A stretch of 64,000 nt of DNA from Alphaproteobacteria bacterium (GTDB lineage Bacteria; Pseudomonadota; Alphaproteobacteria; GCA-2731375), in assembly GCA_021776235.1 (NCBI GenBank), contig JAJFGG010000010.1, forward strand, positions 10,478-74,477. Reading direction: 5' to 3'. The position numbers were made by a program, and so were the translations under genes. A model generated the notes under the pieces. The model did not search any database. It saw nothing but the letters and a program-made list of their open reading frames with translations, and had not been told where the DNA came from. Below, one piece after another: positions 30,394-40,445 of the stretch. Numbering within the stretch: the stretch's first letter is position 1; the number at the start of each line of letters is the position of its first letter.

Positions 30394-33072
30394 ATGCAAA
30401 CAGAATTGACCCCTGATATAGACCAAGCAGGTCAACGGGCGATTCTAGAAGGGTCTCCGTTCGGGGTTTCAATTGTGGCCCTTGATTCCCTGAAACGCCT
30501 CTATGTGAACCAGCGGCTCGTCGAATTGTTTGGCGCGGTTTCGACGGTACAGTTGCTCTCGCAGCCATTGGCACAAAGTTTTGTTGATTCGGCTGACCTT
30601 GATCAATTGAGAGCGGCCGAGGCGGCGGGCGCGCCGATCACGGAGTTTGAGTCAGAAAGAATTCGCCCCGATGGGACGCGTTGGTGGGTCCGGCAGCACA
30701 GCAGACCGATAGAATTTGAAGGGCACGCCGCCGTTATCACCTGGCACGAAGACGTGACGGAGAAGAAGCGCATCAAGGCGACATTGGACGGGAAATCCGC
30801 GGCTCTGGGGAATGTTCTGGACAACATCGTTCAGGGTGTCGTGATGTTCGACAATTCGCAGCGCCTCGTGGTTTGGAACAAACCCTTCGAGAGTATCTTT
30901 CAATTTCCCGAGGACATACTGCAGGCGGGCGCCTCCAACAGGGATCTGGCGCTATTCATGGCCAGGAGAGGAGATTTTGGCGCCGGCGAGCCGACGGCGC
31001 TGGCGGAGAATCGATTGCGCGAAGTCTGGGGCGGCGATAGCACGCGCAGTGAAGTCAATATCCGCAAAGACAAAGCTTACGACGTTCGCTTCAACAGAAC
31101 CCCCAATGGCGGCCTGGTTATCACCTACACCGACATTACGGAACGCAAACGGGCCGAAGATGCCCTTCACGAAAGCGAAAGGCAAATTCGCACAATCACA
31201 GATTCACTGCCTGTACTCATCACATACATGAGCAAGGACCGGCGCGTTCAGTATATCAACAAGACCGCCGAGGCCTGGTACGGCCGGCCGACCAGCGAGG
31301 TTGTCGGGCAGACGGTTGCCGACCTGCTCGGAGAAGAGACACACGGCAAGTTGGGGCCCTACATTGCCAAGGCCATTGCAGGTGAACGGGTGACTTTCGA
31401 GGAGACGGTGAAGTACCCGGACGGCAAAACCCGGAATGTACAGATCACCTTCGTGCCGGATATAGCCGTGGAAGGCGATGTACGCGGATACTTCGGTCTC
31501 GTCGTCGACTTGACCGCGTCAAAACAGGCGGAAGCGGCGCTGCTAGCGGCCGAGACCTATCTTTCCAGTGCCATCGACAGCATCTCCGAAGGATTTATCC
31601 TGTACGACCAGAATGATAAATTCGTCATGTGCAACGACAGGTACAAGGATTTTTACCCAAAGATCAGGGACGCATTTGTTCCAGGCGCGAAGTTGGAGGA
31701 CCTTGCGCGAATTGCGTTCGAACGCGGCGCCGTGAAAGGTTCCGCCGAGTTTATCGAAAACTGGATGAACGTACGTCTTGCCCAGCAAAGATCCGGTCAA
31801 GGACTGCTCGAGCAGGAACTGCCTGATGGCCGTTGGCTTTTGTGCGGCGTCCGCAAAACGGTCGGTGGGTATACCGCCGGAATTCGCACCGATATCACGG
31901 AAATCAAGAAGGCCGCGGACGACCTGCGCCAGGCTCAGAAAATGGAGTCGATGGGCCAACTGACCGGCGGCGTAGCCCACGATTTCAATAACCTACTGGC
32001 GGTTATCATGGGCAATCTCGAACTCTTGCTCGCGCGGACCGAGCCCGACAGCAAGATTTCCACCTTGGCAGCGCGCGCCATCGCCGCCACGCAGCGTGGC
32101 GCCGATTTGACGGATCGTCTGTTGGCCTTTTCGCGCAAACAACCCTTGCAGCCGGTTTCCATCGACATAAACCAATTGGTCAAGGGCATGCAGGAACTGA
32201 TGGTTCGCACCCTGGGCCAAGCCATCGAGATCAATTTAATGCATGGTGCCGACCTTTGGCAATGCGAGGTCGATCCGGGGCAGCTGGAGAACGCCATCCT
32301 CAATCTGTCGATCAACGCCCGTGACGCCATGCCTCTGGGCGGTCGCCTGACGATCGAGGTTTCGAACGCCCATATCAACGACCCGACTTCGGCCGGCCTG
32401 GAGGGTCCAAATCCGGGCGAATATGTGCTGCTGGCGATCAGCGACACCGGGGCCGGCATGTCGGCGGATGTCATCGCGCAGGCATTCGAACCATTTTTCT
32501 CGACCAAGGAGGTGGGCAAGGGTAGCGGCCTTGGCCTCAGCATGGTTTACGGCTTCGCCAAGCAATCGGACGGCCATGTTGGAATTCACAGCAAGCCCGG
32601 CGAGGGCACGACCATAAGATTATATTTGCCGCGTTCCGCCAAAGCACCGACTACACAATCTGAAACAGGGGCCCAGATTGTCATCGATACAACGGCGCGC
32701 GGCGAGACCGTCATGGTGGTTGAGGATGATACCGACGTGCGCGCGGTGGCCGTCAGCTTCCTCGATGATCTGGGTTATGATGTGTGTGAAGCTGGTACCG
32801 CCGACGCCGCGCTGGCGCAGATTCGCCGAAACGGAGCGATCAATCTATTGGTCGCTGATGTCATCCTGCCTGGTGGCATGGACGGCCGGGCACTGGCGGA
32901 CACGGCATGCGGCCTGCTGCCGGACCTGAAGGTCTTGTACATGTCGGGCTATACCAAGGATGCAATGATCCATTATGGCCGCCTGGACGAAGGCGTACAG
33001 TTATTGGTGAAACCATTCGGCAAAGCCGACCTTGCGGTGAAGGTCCGACAGGTCCTGGACGGCGCGCAATAA
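30394..33072 (+). CDS. hybrid sensor histidine kinase/response regulator with multiple PAS/PAC domains
   Basis: 892 aa. PAS-like repeats. H-box HDFNNLLAVIMGNLELL. HATPase G-boxes. C-terminal receiver domain VMVVEDDTDVRAV...LLVADVILPGGMDG. Confidence 0.9.
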   Translation: MQTELTPDIDQAGQRAILEGSPFGVSIVALDSLKRLYVNQRLVELFGAVSTVQLLSQPLAQSFVDSADLDQLRAAEAAGAPITEFESERIRPDGTRWWVRQHSRPIEFEGHAAVITWHEDVTEKKRIKATLDGKSAALGNVLDNIVQGVVMFDNSQRLVVWNKPFESIFQFPEDILQAGASNRDLALFMARRGDFGAGEPTALAENRLREVWGGDSTRSEVNIRKDKAYDVRFNRTPNGGLVITYTDITERKRAEDALHESERQIRTITDSLPVLITYMSKDRRVQYINKTAEAWYGRPTSEVVGQTVADLLGEETHGKLGPYIAKAIAGERVTFEETVKYPDGKTRNVQITFVPDIAVEGDVRGYFGLVVDLTASKQAEAALLAAETYLSSAIDSISEGFILYDQNDKFVMCNDRYKDFYPKIRDAFVPGAKLEDLARIAFERGAVKGSAEFIENWMNVRLAQQRSGQGLLEQELPDGRWLLCGVRKTVGGYTAGIRTDITEIKKAADDLRQAQKMESMGQLTGGVAHDFNNLLAVIMGNLELLLARTEPDSKISTLAARAIAATQRGADLTDRLLAFSRKQPLQPVSIDINQLVKGMQELMVRTLGQAIEINLMHGADLWQCEVDPGQLENAILNLSINARDAMPLGGRLTIEVSNAHINDPTSAGLEGPNPGEYVLLAISDTGAGMSADVIAQAFEPFFSTKEVGKGSGLGLSMVYGFAKQSDGHVGIHSKPGEGTTIRLYLPRSAKAPTTQSETGAQIVIDTTARGETVMVVEDDTDVRAVAVSFLDDLGYDVCEAGTADAALAQIRRNGAINLLVADVILPGGMDGRALADTACGLLPDLKVLYMSGYTKDAMIHYGRLDEGVQLLVKPFGKADLAVKVRQVLDGAQ

Positions 33073-33101
33073 ACGCGGGCTCTCCTTTACACCAATGGTC
33101 A

Positions 33102-33272
33102 TTACTCCTCATCCCATTCGTCGGGCGGCTCGACGGCTGGGATGGTGTAACTTTCATTGAGCCAGCGACCCAGGTCTATGTCCGCGCAACGGCGCGAGCA
33201 GAAGGGATGATATTCCGCCGCTGCCTCTCGATCGCAGCTGGCGCAGGTGCGGCGATGCTTCGGTACAGTCAT
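33102..33272 (-). CDS. yacG: DNA gyrase inhibitor YacG (zinc-finger protein); not in the ORF track (<60 aa)
   Basis: 56 aa: MTVPKHRRTCASCDREAAAEYHPFCSRRCADIDLGRWLNESYTIPAVEPPDEWDEE. Carries the YacG CxxC...FCSxRCxxIDLGxW signature. Start abuts the rng stop. Confidence 0.75.
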   Translation of the reverse strand: MTVPKHRRTCASCDREAAAEYHPFCSRRCADIDLGRWLNESYTIPAVEPPDEWDEE

Positions 33273-34724
33273 TTATACCAATGGTCCTTGATATCGGCCT
33301 GTCGTGACCTCGAATGCGTCCAGTGCCAGGGTGTCATCCGCTGTCAATTCTACCCGCACGCCCCGGTCCCTGGCCAGTCCGGCCAGTATTTCTCCGTCTC
33401 CGCCGCCCAGATCCGCCACCACCGCCCGGGCGGCCCGGACAGCGAGGGTCCGGCCCTTTGCCGCAACGGCTTCGCGCAGGATGCGGTCCAGCAGGTTGTC
33501 TGCCACGGCGCGGGCCGTGGGCCGCAGGCCGCTGCCCTGGCACAGGGAACAGACTTCACCCAGACGCAGGGCCAGGGCCGGCTGGCGCCGGCGGCGGGTC
33601 AATTCAACCAGGCCCATTTCGGACATCCGGCCAAGGCGCAGCTGCGCCGGATCATCGGCCAACCAGTCTTGCAACCTTTGCAACAGGGCCGCAACCTGGC
33701 CCCGCCCCTGCATGGGGATGAAATCGATCACCACCCGGCCGCCTATTTCGCGCAAGCGCAATTGCCGGGCAATTTCCCTTGCCGCCTGGGTGTTGATTTC
33801 CCTTGCCAACCGGACTTGATCGCGGGCCCCGGCGTGGCGGGCGGAATCCACATCAATGGCGGTCAGGGCCTGAGTGTGCTCGATTATGAGCCGGCCACCC
33901 GATGGCAGGGCAACCTGCTGGGCCAGGGCTGTTTCGATCTGGTCTTCCAGGTCGTACTCCTGAAACAACGGCAGGGTCCCATCATGTATTTCAATGGCCG
34001 GTAATTTGCCGTCGCCGATGCCCGGGAACTGACGAAGATCAGCCATCAGAGGTCCGTCGTCGGCACGAATACGCCGCAGGGCCGGCCCCATATGCTCGCG
34101 CAGAATGGCGCCCAGGGGATCCTCGCCTGCATCCAGCAGCACAGGCGGCCGCGCGGAGCCGGCGGCTGTCTGAATGCCCTGCCAACGACGCCAGAGACCG
34201 TCGGCCTCCCGCGCCAGGCCGGCATCGTCCGTTGCCGCGGCCGCACGGCGCAGAATCAGGCCGCCGCCCAAACGCGTCTGAGTGGTTTTTGCCACAGCCA
34301 ACAGACGCTCCTGTTGCGTCCTGTCGGTGATACGGCCCGACAGGACGATGTCCTGGCCCTGAGGCAGTAGCACCATGGCCCGTCCCGCCAGACGCGGCCG
34401 CGCGCTCAGCTTTGCCCCCTTCTCCCCCTCGGCCTCGCGCTTGACCTGTACCAACAGGCTTTGCCCCTCCTGCACGGCGCGGCCAATGGGTGTGCCACGT
34501 TTGACGGCGGCATCGCGGGCCGGCAACAAACCGCTTCGGCCCTCGCCAATATCGATGAAGGCGGCATTCAAGTCACCCTGGACCGCGGTCACTCTGCCCA
34601 TGATGACCCGTTCAGGCAGGCGTGCGGCGCGCTCGGCAAGGTGCAGTTCCACCAACCGGCCGCCCTGGACCAGGGCAATTCGGTGGCGCCGCAGACCAGC
34701 ATTGATGAGGATTTCTTCAATCAT
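33273..34724 (-). CDS. rng: ribonuclease G / RNase E-family ribonuclease
   Basis: Start MIEEILINAG. S1 domain. Catalytic-region motif ALTAIDVDSARH. ~483 aa. The ORF track has a longer N-extension to 34910. Confidence 0.85.
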   Translation of the reverse strand: MIEEILINAGLRRHRIALVQGGRLVELHLAERAARLPERVIMGRVTAVQGDLNAAFIDIGEGRSGLLPARDAAVKRGTPIGRAVQEGQSLLVQVKREAEGEKGAKLSARPRLAGRAMVLLPQGQDIVLSGRITDRTQQERLLAVAKTTQTRLGGGLILRRAAAATDDAGLAREADGLWRRWQGIQTAAGSARPPVLLDAGEDPLGAILREHMGPALRRIRADDGPLMADLRQFPGIGDGKLPAIEIHDGTLPLFQEYDLEDQIETALAQQVALPSGGRLIIEHTQALTAIDVDSARHAGARDQVRLAREINTQAAREIARQLRLREIGGRVVIDFIPMQGRGQVAALLQRLQDWLADDPAQLRLGRMSEMGLVELTRRRRQPALALRLGEVCSLCQGSGLRPTARAVADNLLDRILREAVAAKGRTLAVRAARAVVADLGGGDGEILAGLARDRGVRVELTADDTLALDAFEVTTGRYQGPLV

Positions 34725-35340
34725 TCGGGCATCGCCCTTCAACCGCGTCAGAACCGCTTTGCACCGGATAGCCCAGGCCTTCCAACAGGTTTGCGGTTTC
34801 AAACAAAGGCAGGCCGACGACATTGGAATAAGAACCACGCAAAAATCGCACAAACCGTCCGGCGCGCCCTTGGATGGCATAGCCGCCCGCCTTGCCGCGC
34901 CACTCGTCACTGTCCAGGTACCAGTCGATCTCGGCCGGCGTCAATCGCTTGAAGGCCACCACACTGTCTACCAGACGCACCCGTTCCGGGCCCTTGGGGG
35001 CCGCCGCGGCAATAGCCGTAATGACATGATGACGCCGCCCCGACAACAGCTCCAGACAACGCCCGGCCTCCCGACGGTCGCCGGGTTTAGGCAGAATTCT
35101 GCGGCCGACCGCCACGACCGTATCGGCGCCCAGAATAAATTGCCCCGGCGCCTCTCGACGGATCAGGGCCATTTTACTCAGAGCCAGACGGCGGGCCAGT
35201 TGCGGTGGGGTTTCGTTGCGTAGTGGCGCTTCATCTAATTCGGCGGCTATGACCGAAGACGGCTGCAAACCGATTTGGACCAGCAGTTGCAGGCGGCGCG
35301 GTGACGCTGATGCCAGCACCAGATTGGGAGGTGAATTCAT
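34717..35340 (-). CDS. maf: Maf-family nucleoside triphosphate pyrophosphatase (septum formation protein Maf)
   Basis: LVLASASPRRLQLLVQIGL N-terminal Maf signature. 207 aa. Confidence 0.85.
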   Translation of the reverse strand: MNSPPNLVLASASPRRLQLLVQIGLQPSSVIAAELDEAPLRNETPPQLARRLALSKMALIRREAPGQFILGADTVVAVGRRILPKPGDRREAGRCLELLSGRRHHVITAIAAAAPKGPERVRLVDSVVAFKRLTPAEIDWYLDSDEWRGKAGGYAIQGRAGRFVRFLRGSYSNVVGLPLFETANLLEGLGYPVQSGSDAVEGRCPND

Positions 35341-35381
35341 GCCGGCATCATGGCGAATTCAGGCGCGCCATGGCGGCCAGT

Positions 35382-35600
35382 TTATTTGTAACGGTAGGTG
35401 ATCCGGCCCTTGGAAAGATCGTAGGGCGTCATCTCGACCAGCACCTTGTCGCCGGCCAGCACCCGGATCCGGTGCTTGCGCATTTTGCCCGCAGTGTGAG
35501 CCAAAACCTCGTGCTCGTTTTCAAGCACGACACGGAACATCGCATTGGGCAACAGTTCCATGACCGTACCCGGAAATTCCAGTAATTCCTCTTTCGCCAT
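35382..35600 (-). CDS. infA: translation initiation factor IF-1
   Basis: 72 aa. [72 protein letters not shown] is near-canonical IF-1. Confidence 0.95.
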   Translation of the reverse strand: MAKEELLEFPGTVMELLPNAMFRVVLENEHEVLAHTAGKMRKHRIRVLAGDKVLVEMTPYDLSKGRITYRYK

Positions 35601-35786
35601 CAGCTATCCCTTGGTTGCACTGTGAAGAGCCCCAAAATGGGAATGAAAAAGGAAAAAAGCAAGTGATTTGAGGCTGGCGGAAACAAAACCTGCCCATTGC
35701 CGGACATTGCGCCGACGTCATTCCCGCCTTCCAATGCGCCTCACGGTGCCATCTTGCACCGATGCGGCAAACCCCAGGTTGGGTTT

Positions 35787-35975
35787 CTAACTGCTCGATT
35801 CGAGCTGTCGTATGAGGTCTTTTATCTTCAGCTTCTCTTTTTTGAGGGAGCTGATCCGTATTTCATCTGGGTAAACTTGCGTATTCTCTACCTCGATTTC
35901 GCCGTCCAGCAGATGGTGGCGCTGGCGCAGTTCCTCAATCTCGGTCTCCACTTTCATACCTTGCCTCCTAAGCAA
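35787..35975 (-). CDS. DUF465 (YdcH-like) small protein
   Basis: 62 aa. Coiled-coil EIEELRQRHHLLDGEIE...LKKEKLKIKDLIRQLE pattern typical of DUF465. The true start may be the internal MKVETE. Confidence 0.55.
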   Translation of the reverse strand: MLRRQGMKVETEIEELRQRHHLLDGEIEVENTQVYPDEIRISSLKKEKLKIKDLIRQLESSS

Positions 35976-36252
35976 ATTATGATTCCATATTTAAACACCA
36001 GAACCGATTGACGGCAAGGATACTGGATCGATTTATGGCAGAATTCGCTCGAACCATGCGCCGTCATTTGGCCGGCAGTTCGGATCTACTGGCCAGGGCA
36101 CTGTCAGACAATTCTGCTTCGTTTCCAGGCGTGCTCGGGCAAATGGCTCATGGACGCCGTCAAATGACCTTGTATAGTTCGGATCTACTTTTGGCTGGGG
36201 TCCGAATGCCCCTGGCCGGTGTTCAAACGCCGCAATAAAGGAATGCAGGTCC

Positions 36253-36450
36253 TTGGAAAAGACCGAAATTGAGGCACGTATTATTGCCTTGCAGCAGGAG
36301 CATCGCGATCTGGATGGCGCCATTGCAGCCCTGTTTGAAAAAGGCGCGTTTGACCAATTGCAGTTACAGCGCATGAAAAAGCGCAAATTGGCTTTGCGCG
36401 ACCTGATCGGCCGTCTCGAGGCACACCTGGTCCCAGATATTATTGCCTGA
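36253..36450 (+). CDS. DUF465 (YdcH-like) small protein, paralog
   Basis: 65 aa. EIEARIIALQQEHRDLDGAIAAL...LQRMKKRKLALRDLIGRLE. Confidence 0.55.
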   Translation: MEKTEIEARIIALQQEHRDLDGAIAALFEKGAFDQLQLQRMKKRKLALRDLIGRLEAHLVPDIIA

Positions 36451-36571
36451 AGGCCGGGGCTGGCCGATACGCTCGGGTCGGATGCAACGCCGCACTGACA
36501 GAACCACAGGTCGGTGGGCGCGATTTGTCAGATCAAAGTGCCCCACGGCATGACAGCCATGGTCCCTAATA

Positions 36572-37309
36572 TTATCCGCGGCGGGTCTTCAGTGAGTTTT
36601 TTTGCGCGTACATGGCACGGTCCGCGGCATCCATGGCTTCCTGCGCCGACTGCCCTTGTTTGAAGGTGGTGATGCCGTAAGACGCTGTAATTGTTAGCTT
36701 AACACCGCCATGTTCCACAGGCGCATTCATGATGGCCTGGGCCAGTTGCCGGCCCTTTATCAACGCTTGGTCTGCGTCCGTATGGCTCAAAATTACGCCG
36801 AACTCATCGCCGCCGAGACGCCCCAAAAGGTCGGATTCACGCAGGTTTTCCGATAAGATACTAGCGACATGCAGCAGGGCCGCATCACCGGCCGCATGGC
36901 CATGCTTGTCGTTGATTTCCTTAAAGTCGTTCAGATCCAAATAAACCAGGCTGGAAACGGCATTATAGCGCTCGTTGTAGGAGATCACCCGGCTCATCTC
37001 CCGCACGAATGCGCGGCGATTTGGAATGGGAACCAAAGTGTCCTGGTCCGCCAGGCGTTCCATATGTGCCAAGCGGCTGTTCGCCCTCTCGACCTCGCCC
37101 CGCAGGTTCTCCACCTCTTGCATCAAGGTCATTATGGCCTGCCGCACTTTCGGCGTCAGTTCCGGCTCCGGAATTCCCATAACCGACGCGCTGTCGGTGG
37201 GCGCGGCACCACCAAGGTCGGAAGACGAGGCATAACTGGCCGCCGCCGACGCGGGATTGCGGCGTTGCGGCGTCGTGGCTCTGGTTGGGCGCGTTTCGGT
37301 AATCTTCAT
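36572..37309 (-). CDS. GGDEF-domain diguanylate cyclase (N-terminal coiled coil, no recognisable sensor domain)
   Basis: GGDEF active site LGGDEFGV. Conserved RRAFVREM...YLDLNDFKEINDKHGHAAGD. Confidence 0.85.
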   Translation of the reverse strand: MKITETRPTRATTPQRRNPASAAASYASSSDLGGAAPTDSASVMGIPEPELTPKVRQAIMTLMQEVENLRGEVERANSRLAHMERLADQDTLVPIPNRRAFVREMSRVISYNERYNAVSSLVYLDLNDFKEINDKHGHAAGDAALLHVASILSENLRESDLLGRLGGDEFGVILSHTDADQALIKGRQLAQAIMNAPVEHGGVKLTITASYGITTFKQGQSAQEAMDAADRAMYAQKNSLKTRRG

Positions 37310-37656
37310 CAGCTTAATGTCTACCTTCCGTACCGAAGATCATGCACGGCCAGGGCATAGATCTTCACCTAGTCTAAAGGTTAACAAAGCAAGGGTTAAT
37401 AAAACCTTCTGCGAATCCCGAAATATTATTGTATATCGAAATTCTAATCGTTGTTGAGGGGATTTTCGGGGCTGGTGTGGCGGATCTTGAATTCACCGCG
37501 TTGAATGCGACAGGCGGGCAAGTCCGCTTTGTTTCCTCGGGCTGCCGCCGCTGAAATTCACGGTGGGTCTAAACCCGCCAAGGACCTATAATCGCATGCT
37601 AAAATGGCCTGCCGACGGGCTGGACTACGGCGCAGTGTATTGCTTTAGCGCGGAGA

Positions 37657-38157
37657 ATGGATATGACGGAAGCTGAACCACGGATTGGGGTTATCATGGG
37701 CAGCCGCTCCGACTGGTCGACCATGCGCCATGCAGTCGAGGTTCTGGAAGAATTGGGCATCTCGGTAGAGAGCCGGGTCATATCCGCACACCGCACGCCG
37801 AAGCGCCTTTACGATTATGCGGCCGGCGCCGCCGAACGAGGCCTTTCGGTGATCATCGCAGGTGCCGGCGGGGCGGCCCATTTGCCCGGCATGACCGCCG
37901 CCATGACCAATCTGCCGGTGCTGGGCGTGCCGGTGGAAAGCAAGGCATTGCAGGGCATGGATAGCCTGCTTTCCATTGTGCAGATGCCCGCGGGCATTCC
38001 GGTGGGCACTCTGGCCATTGGCCGCGCCGGCGCCGTCAATGCCGGCCTGATGGCCGCTGCCATCGTAGCGTTGCACGATCCGGACATAGCCGCCGCGCTG
38101 GCCGCCTGGCGCGCCCGGCAAACCGATGCCGTGCCAGATCAGCCTGCCGAGGTCTGA
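37657..38157 (+). CDS. purE: N5-carboxyaminoimidazole ribonucleotide mutase
   Basis: [27 protein letters not shown] and [14 protein letters not shown] are canonical PurE motifs. Confidence 0.9.
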   Translation: MDMTEAEPRIGVIMGSRSDWSTMRHAVEVLEELGISVESRVISAHRTPKRLYDYAAGAAERGLSVIIAGAGGAAHLPGMTAAMTNLPVLGVPVESKALQGMDSLLSIVQMPAGIPVGTLAIGRAGAVNAGLMAAAIVALHDPDIAAALAAWRARQTDAVPDQPAEV

Positions 38158-38162
38158 CAGTA

Positions 38163-39257
38163 ATGGCCCCTCTTCCCCCCGGTAGCCGCATCGGCATTCT
38201 GGGCGGCGGCCAATTAGGCCGGATGCTGGCCCTGGCGGCGGCGCCCCTTGGCTTCCGCTGTCATATCTTCGGACCAGAAGAACAGCCGCCGGCAGGTCAG
38301 GTCGCCGACAGTGTCACCATAGCGGATTATTTGGACGAGGCGGCCCTGAGCGCCTTCTCCGGATCCGTGGACGTGGTGACACTGGAGTTTGAAAACGTCC
38401 CCGCCGCCTGTTTGGATTTCCTCGCCCAAACGGTGTCCGTCCGCCCCGGCGCCAACGCCCTGGCCACAGCCCAGGACCGCCTGGTCGAGAAGGACTTTGC
38501 CGGCACCATCGGCGCCGCTACCGCGCCCTATGCGACTATCGACAGTCTTACCGACCTGGAAGGCGCAGTAGTCAAGATCGGCCCCCGGGCGGTGCTGAAG
38601 ACACGGCGCCTGGGCTATGACGGAAAAGGTCAGGTCATGCTGGATCAAGGTGCCGATCTCGGTCTGGCATGGCAGGCCCTGGGCGGGGCGCCGTCTATCC
38701 TGGAAGGCTACATCCCCTTTGATGGCGAAATCTCTGTCATCGCCGCGCGGGCCCTGGACGGTACCATCGGGGCCTTTCCCCCAATCGCCAACCAGCACCG
38801 AAATCATATTCTGGACAGATCGAAGGTTCCCGCGGATTTAAACCCGGCCCAGTCCAACCGCGCCATGGCCATAGCCACTGATCTGGCCACGGCGCTGGAC
38901 TATGTCGGTGTGCTGGCGGTGGAAATGTTCGTCGTGGGTGATGAACTGCTGGTCAATGAATTCGCCCCACGGGTTCATAACTCCGGCCATTGGAGCATCG
39001 AGGGCGCGGTGACCAGCCAGTTCGAACAGCATATTCGGGCCATCTGCGGCCTGCCCCTGGGCGCAATGACGCTGCGGGGCCGGGTCGAGATGGAAAATCT
39101 GATTGGTGACGATGTGAAACAGGTGCCCAGCCTGTTGGCGGAGCCGGGGGCCCATGTGCACCTTTACGGCAAGACGGAGGTCCGCCCCGGCCGCAAGATG
39201 GGCCACGTGACCCGCGTCTGGCCAGGCGATGATTTGCCAAAGCGCGGCGCACCATGA
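38163..39257 (+). CDS. purK: N5-carboxyaminoimidazole ribonucleotide synthase
   Basis: RIGILGGGQLGRMLALAA N-terminus. ATP-grasp fold. Sits immediately after purE. Confidence 0.9.
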   Translation: MAPLPPGSRIGILGGGQLGRMLALAAAPLGFRCHIFGPEEQPPAGQVADSVTIADYLDEAALSAFSGSVDVVTLEFENVPAACLDFLAQTVSVRPGANALATAQDRLVEKDFAGTIGAATAPYATIDSLTDLEGAVVKIGPRAVLKTRRLGYDGKGQVMLDQGADLGLAWQALGGAPSILEGYIPFDGEISVIAARALDGTIGAFPPIANQHRNHILDRSKVPADLNPAQSNRAMAIATDLATALDYVGVLAVEMFVVGDELLVNEFAPRVHNSGHWSIEGAVTSQFEQHIRAICGLPLGAMTLRGRVEMENLIGDDVKQVPSLLAEPGAHVHLYGKTEVRPGRKMGHVTRVWPGDDLPKRGAP

Positions 39258-40294
39258 TCTGGGGCCTGGGTACGCGGCTGCTGCACCTGCTGGACCCTGA
39301 AACCGCCCATCGTCTGACCATCCGTGCCCTGCGCCTGGGCCTGGGCCCAAGTATTGCCCCCAGCCACGATGCCATCCTGGCCAGCCACCATTGGGGCCTG
39401 GATTTTCCCACCCCCCTGGGTATCGCAGCCGGCTTTGACAAGAATGCCGAGGTGCCGGGACAAATCGCGCGAATGGGTTTCAGCTTTGTCGAAATAGGCT
39501 CCGTCACGCCACGGCCACAACCCGGCAATCCACGGCCCCGGTTGTTTCGCCTGGGCGCCGACCACGCGGTCATCAATCGCAACGGCTTCAATAATGACGG
39601 CCTGGACGCGCTGGCCCGGCGGCTGGGGCGCCTGCAGAACCGCCGTTTCGTGCTAGGCGCCAATCTGGGCGCCAACAAGGACAGCGCGGACCGGATTGCC
39701 GACTATGCCGCGGGCGCGGCGGCATTGGGGCCCTTGGTTGACTATGTGGTGATCAACGTATCCTCGCCCAACACGCCGGGTTTACGGGAACTGCAAAGCC
39801 GGTCGCATTTGGAAGCTCTGTTGGACGGCGTGCGCCGGGCCTGCGCACAGCCGCCGCCCATTCTGGTCAAGATCGCCCCGGATTTCGACGACGAAGGTCT
39901 GGCCGACCTGGCAGCAAACCTGCTGGACCTGGCGGTGGACGGCGTGATCATCGCCAATACCACCATCGGCCTGCGTGATGGTCTGAAAAGCCCCCATCGC
40001 GGCGAGACCGGCGGTCTGAGCGGCCGGCCCCTGTTCGCCTTCTCCACCGCGCAACTGGCCGCCTTTTACTGCCATACCAAGGGCCGCATCCCTTTGATCG
40101 GCGTCGGCGGCATCGACAGTGCGGATAGCGCCTATGCCAAAATCCGCAATGGCGCTTCCCTGATCCAGTTATACACCGGCCTGGTCTATCAAGGCCCCGA
40201 CCTGGTCCCCGCCATCACAGCGGGCCTGGCCGACCGTCTGCGCCAAGACGGCTTTGCAAATGTCTCGGAGGCCGTGGGCGCGGATTTGCGCTAG
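39254..40294 (+). CDS. pyrD: dihydroorotate dehydrogenase (quinone), class 2
   Basis: N-terminus LLHLLDPETAHRLTIRAL. Motifs NRNGFNNDGLD, VVINVSSPNTPGLR and IGVGGIDSADSAYAKIRNGASLIQLYTGLVYQGP. Confidence 0.9.
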   Translation: MIWGLGTRLLHLLDPETAHRLTIRALRLGLGPSIAPSHDAILASHHWGLDFPTPLGIAAGFDKNAEVPGQIARMGFSFVEIGSVTPRPQPGNPRPRLFRLGADHAVINRNGFNNDGLDALARRLGRLQNRRFVLGANLGANKDSADRIADYAAGAAALGPLVDYVVINVSSPNTPGLRELQSRSHLEALLDGVRRACAQPPPILVKIAPDFDDEGLADLAANLLDLAVDGVIIANTTIGLRDGLKSPHRGETGGLSGRPLFAFSTAQLAAFYCHTKGRIPLIGVGGIDSADSAYAKIRNGASLIQLYTGLVYQGPDLVPAITAGLADRLRQDGFANVSEAVGADLR

Positions 40295-40333
40295 CGCAGG
40301 TTTTATTTCTAATTACGCATTCCAGGCCGCGAC

Positions 40334-40385
40334 GGCGGCCCGGCGCTAATGCGCCGCCCTCGCGGAACGGTGCGCTTTGGCGCAC
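40334..40385. terminator. two GC-rich hairpins between convergent pyrD and maeB (putative bidirectional terminators)
   Basis: CGGCGC-TAAT-GCGCCG (6-bp stem) and GTGCGC-TTTG-GCGCAC (6-bp stem). No clear U-tract. Confidence 0.35.
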
Positions 40386-40445
40386 AAGCGTGAGCGACGA
40401 GAGCTAGACCTGATTCGACGAATATCGAAACTGGTCTAGACCCGG

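Noticed and set aside
30140-30574. 144-aa minus-strand ORF overlapping the histidine kinase start
   Set aside because: Overlaps the 5' end of a strongly supported 892-aa gene. No features.
33304-34370. Multiple 60-170-aa ORFs rich in Arg/Pro/Gly on both strands
   Set aside because: All overlap rng, whose product has clear S1 and catalytic motifs. These are frame artefacts of >65% GC DNA.
36008-36238. 76-aa ORF between the two DUF465 genes
   Set aside because: No RBS and no motif. It occupies the divergent promoter spacer, which is more likely regulatory. Retained only as a possible sRNA/operator region in the findings.
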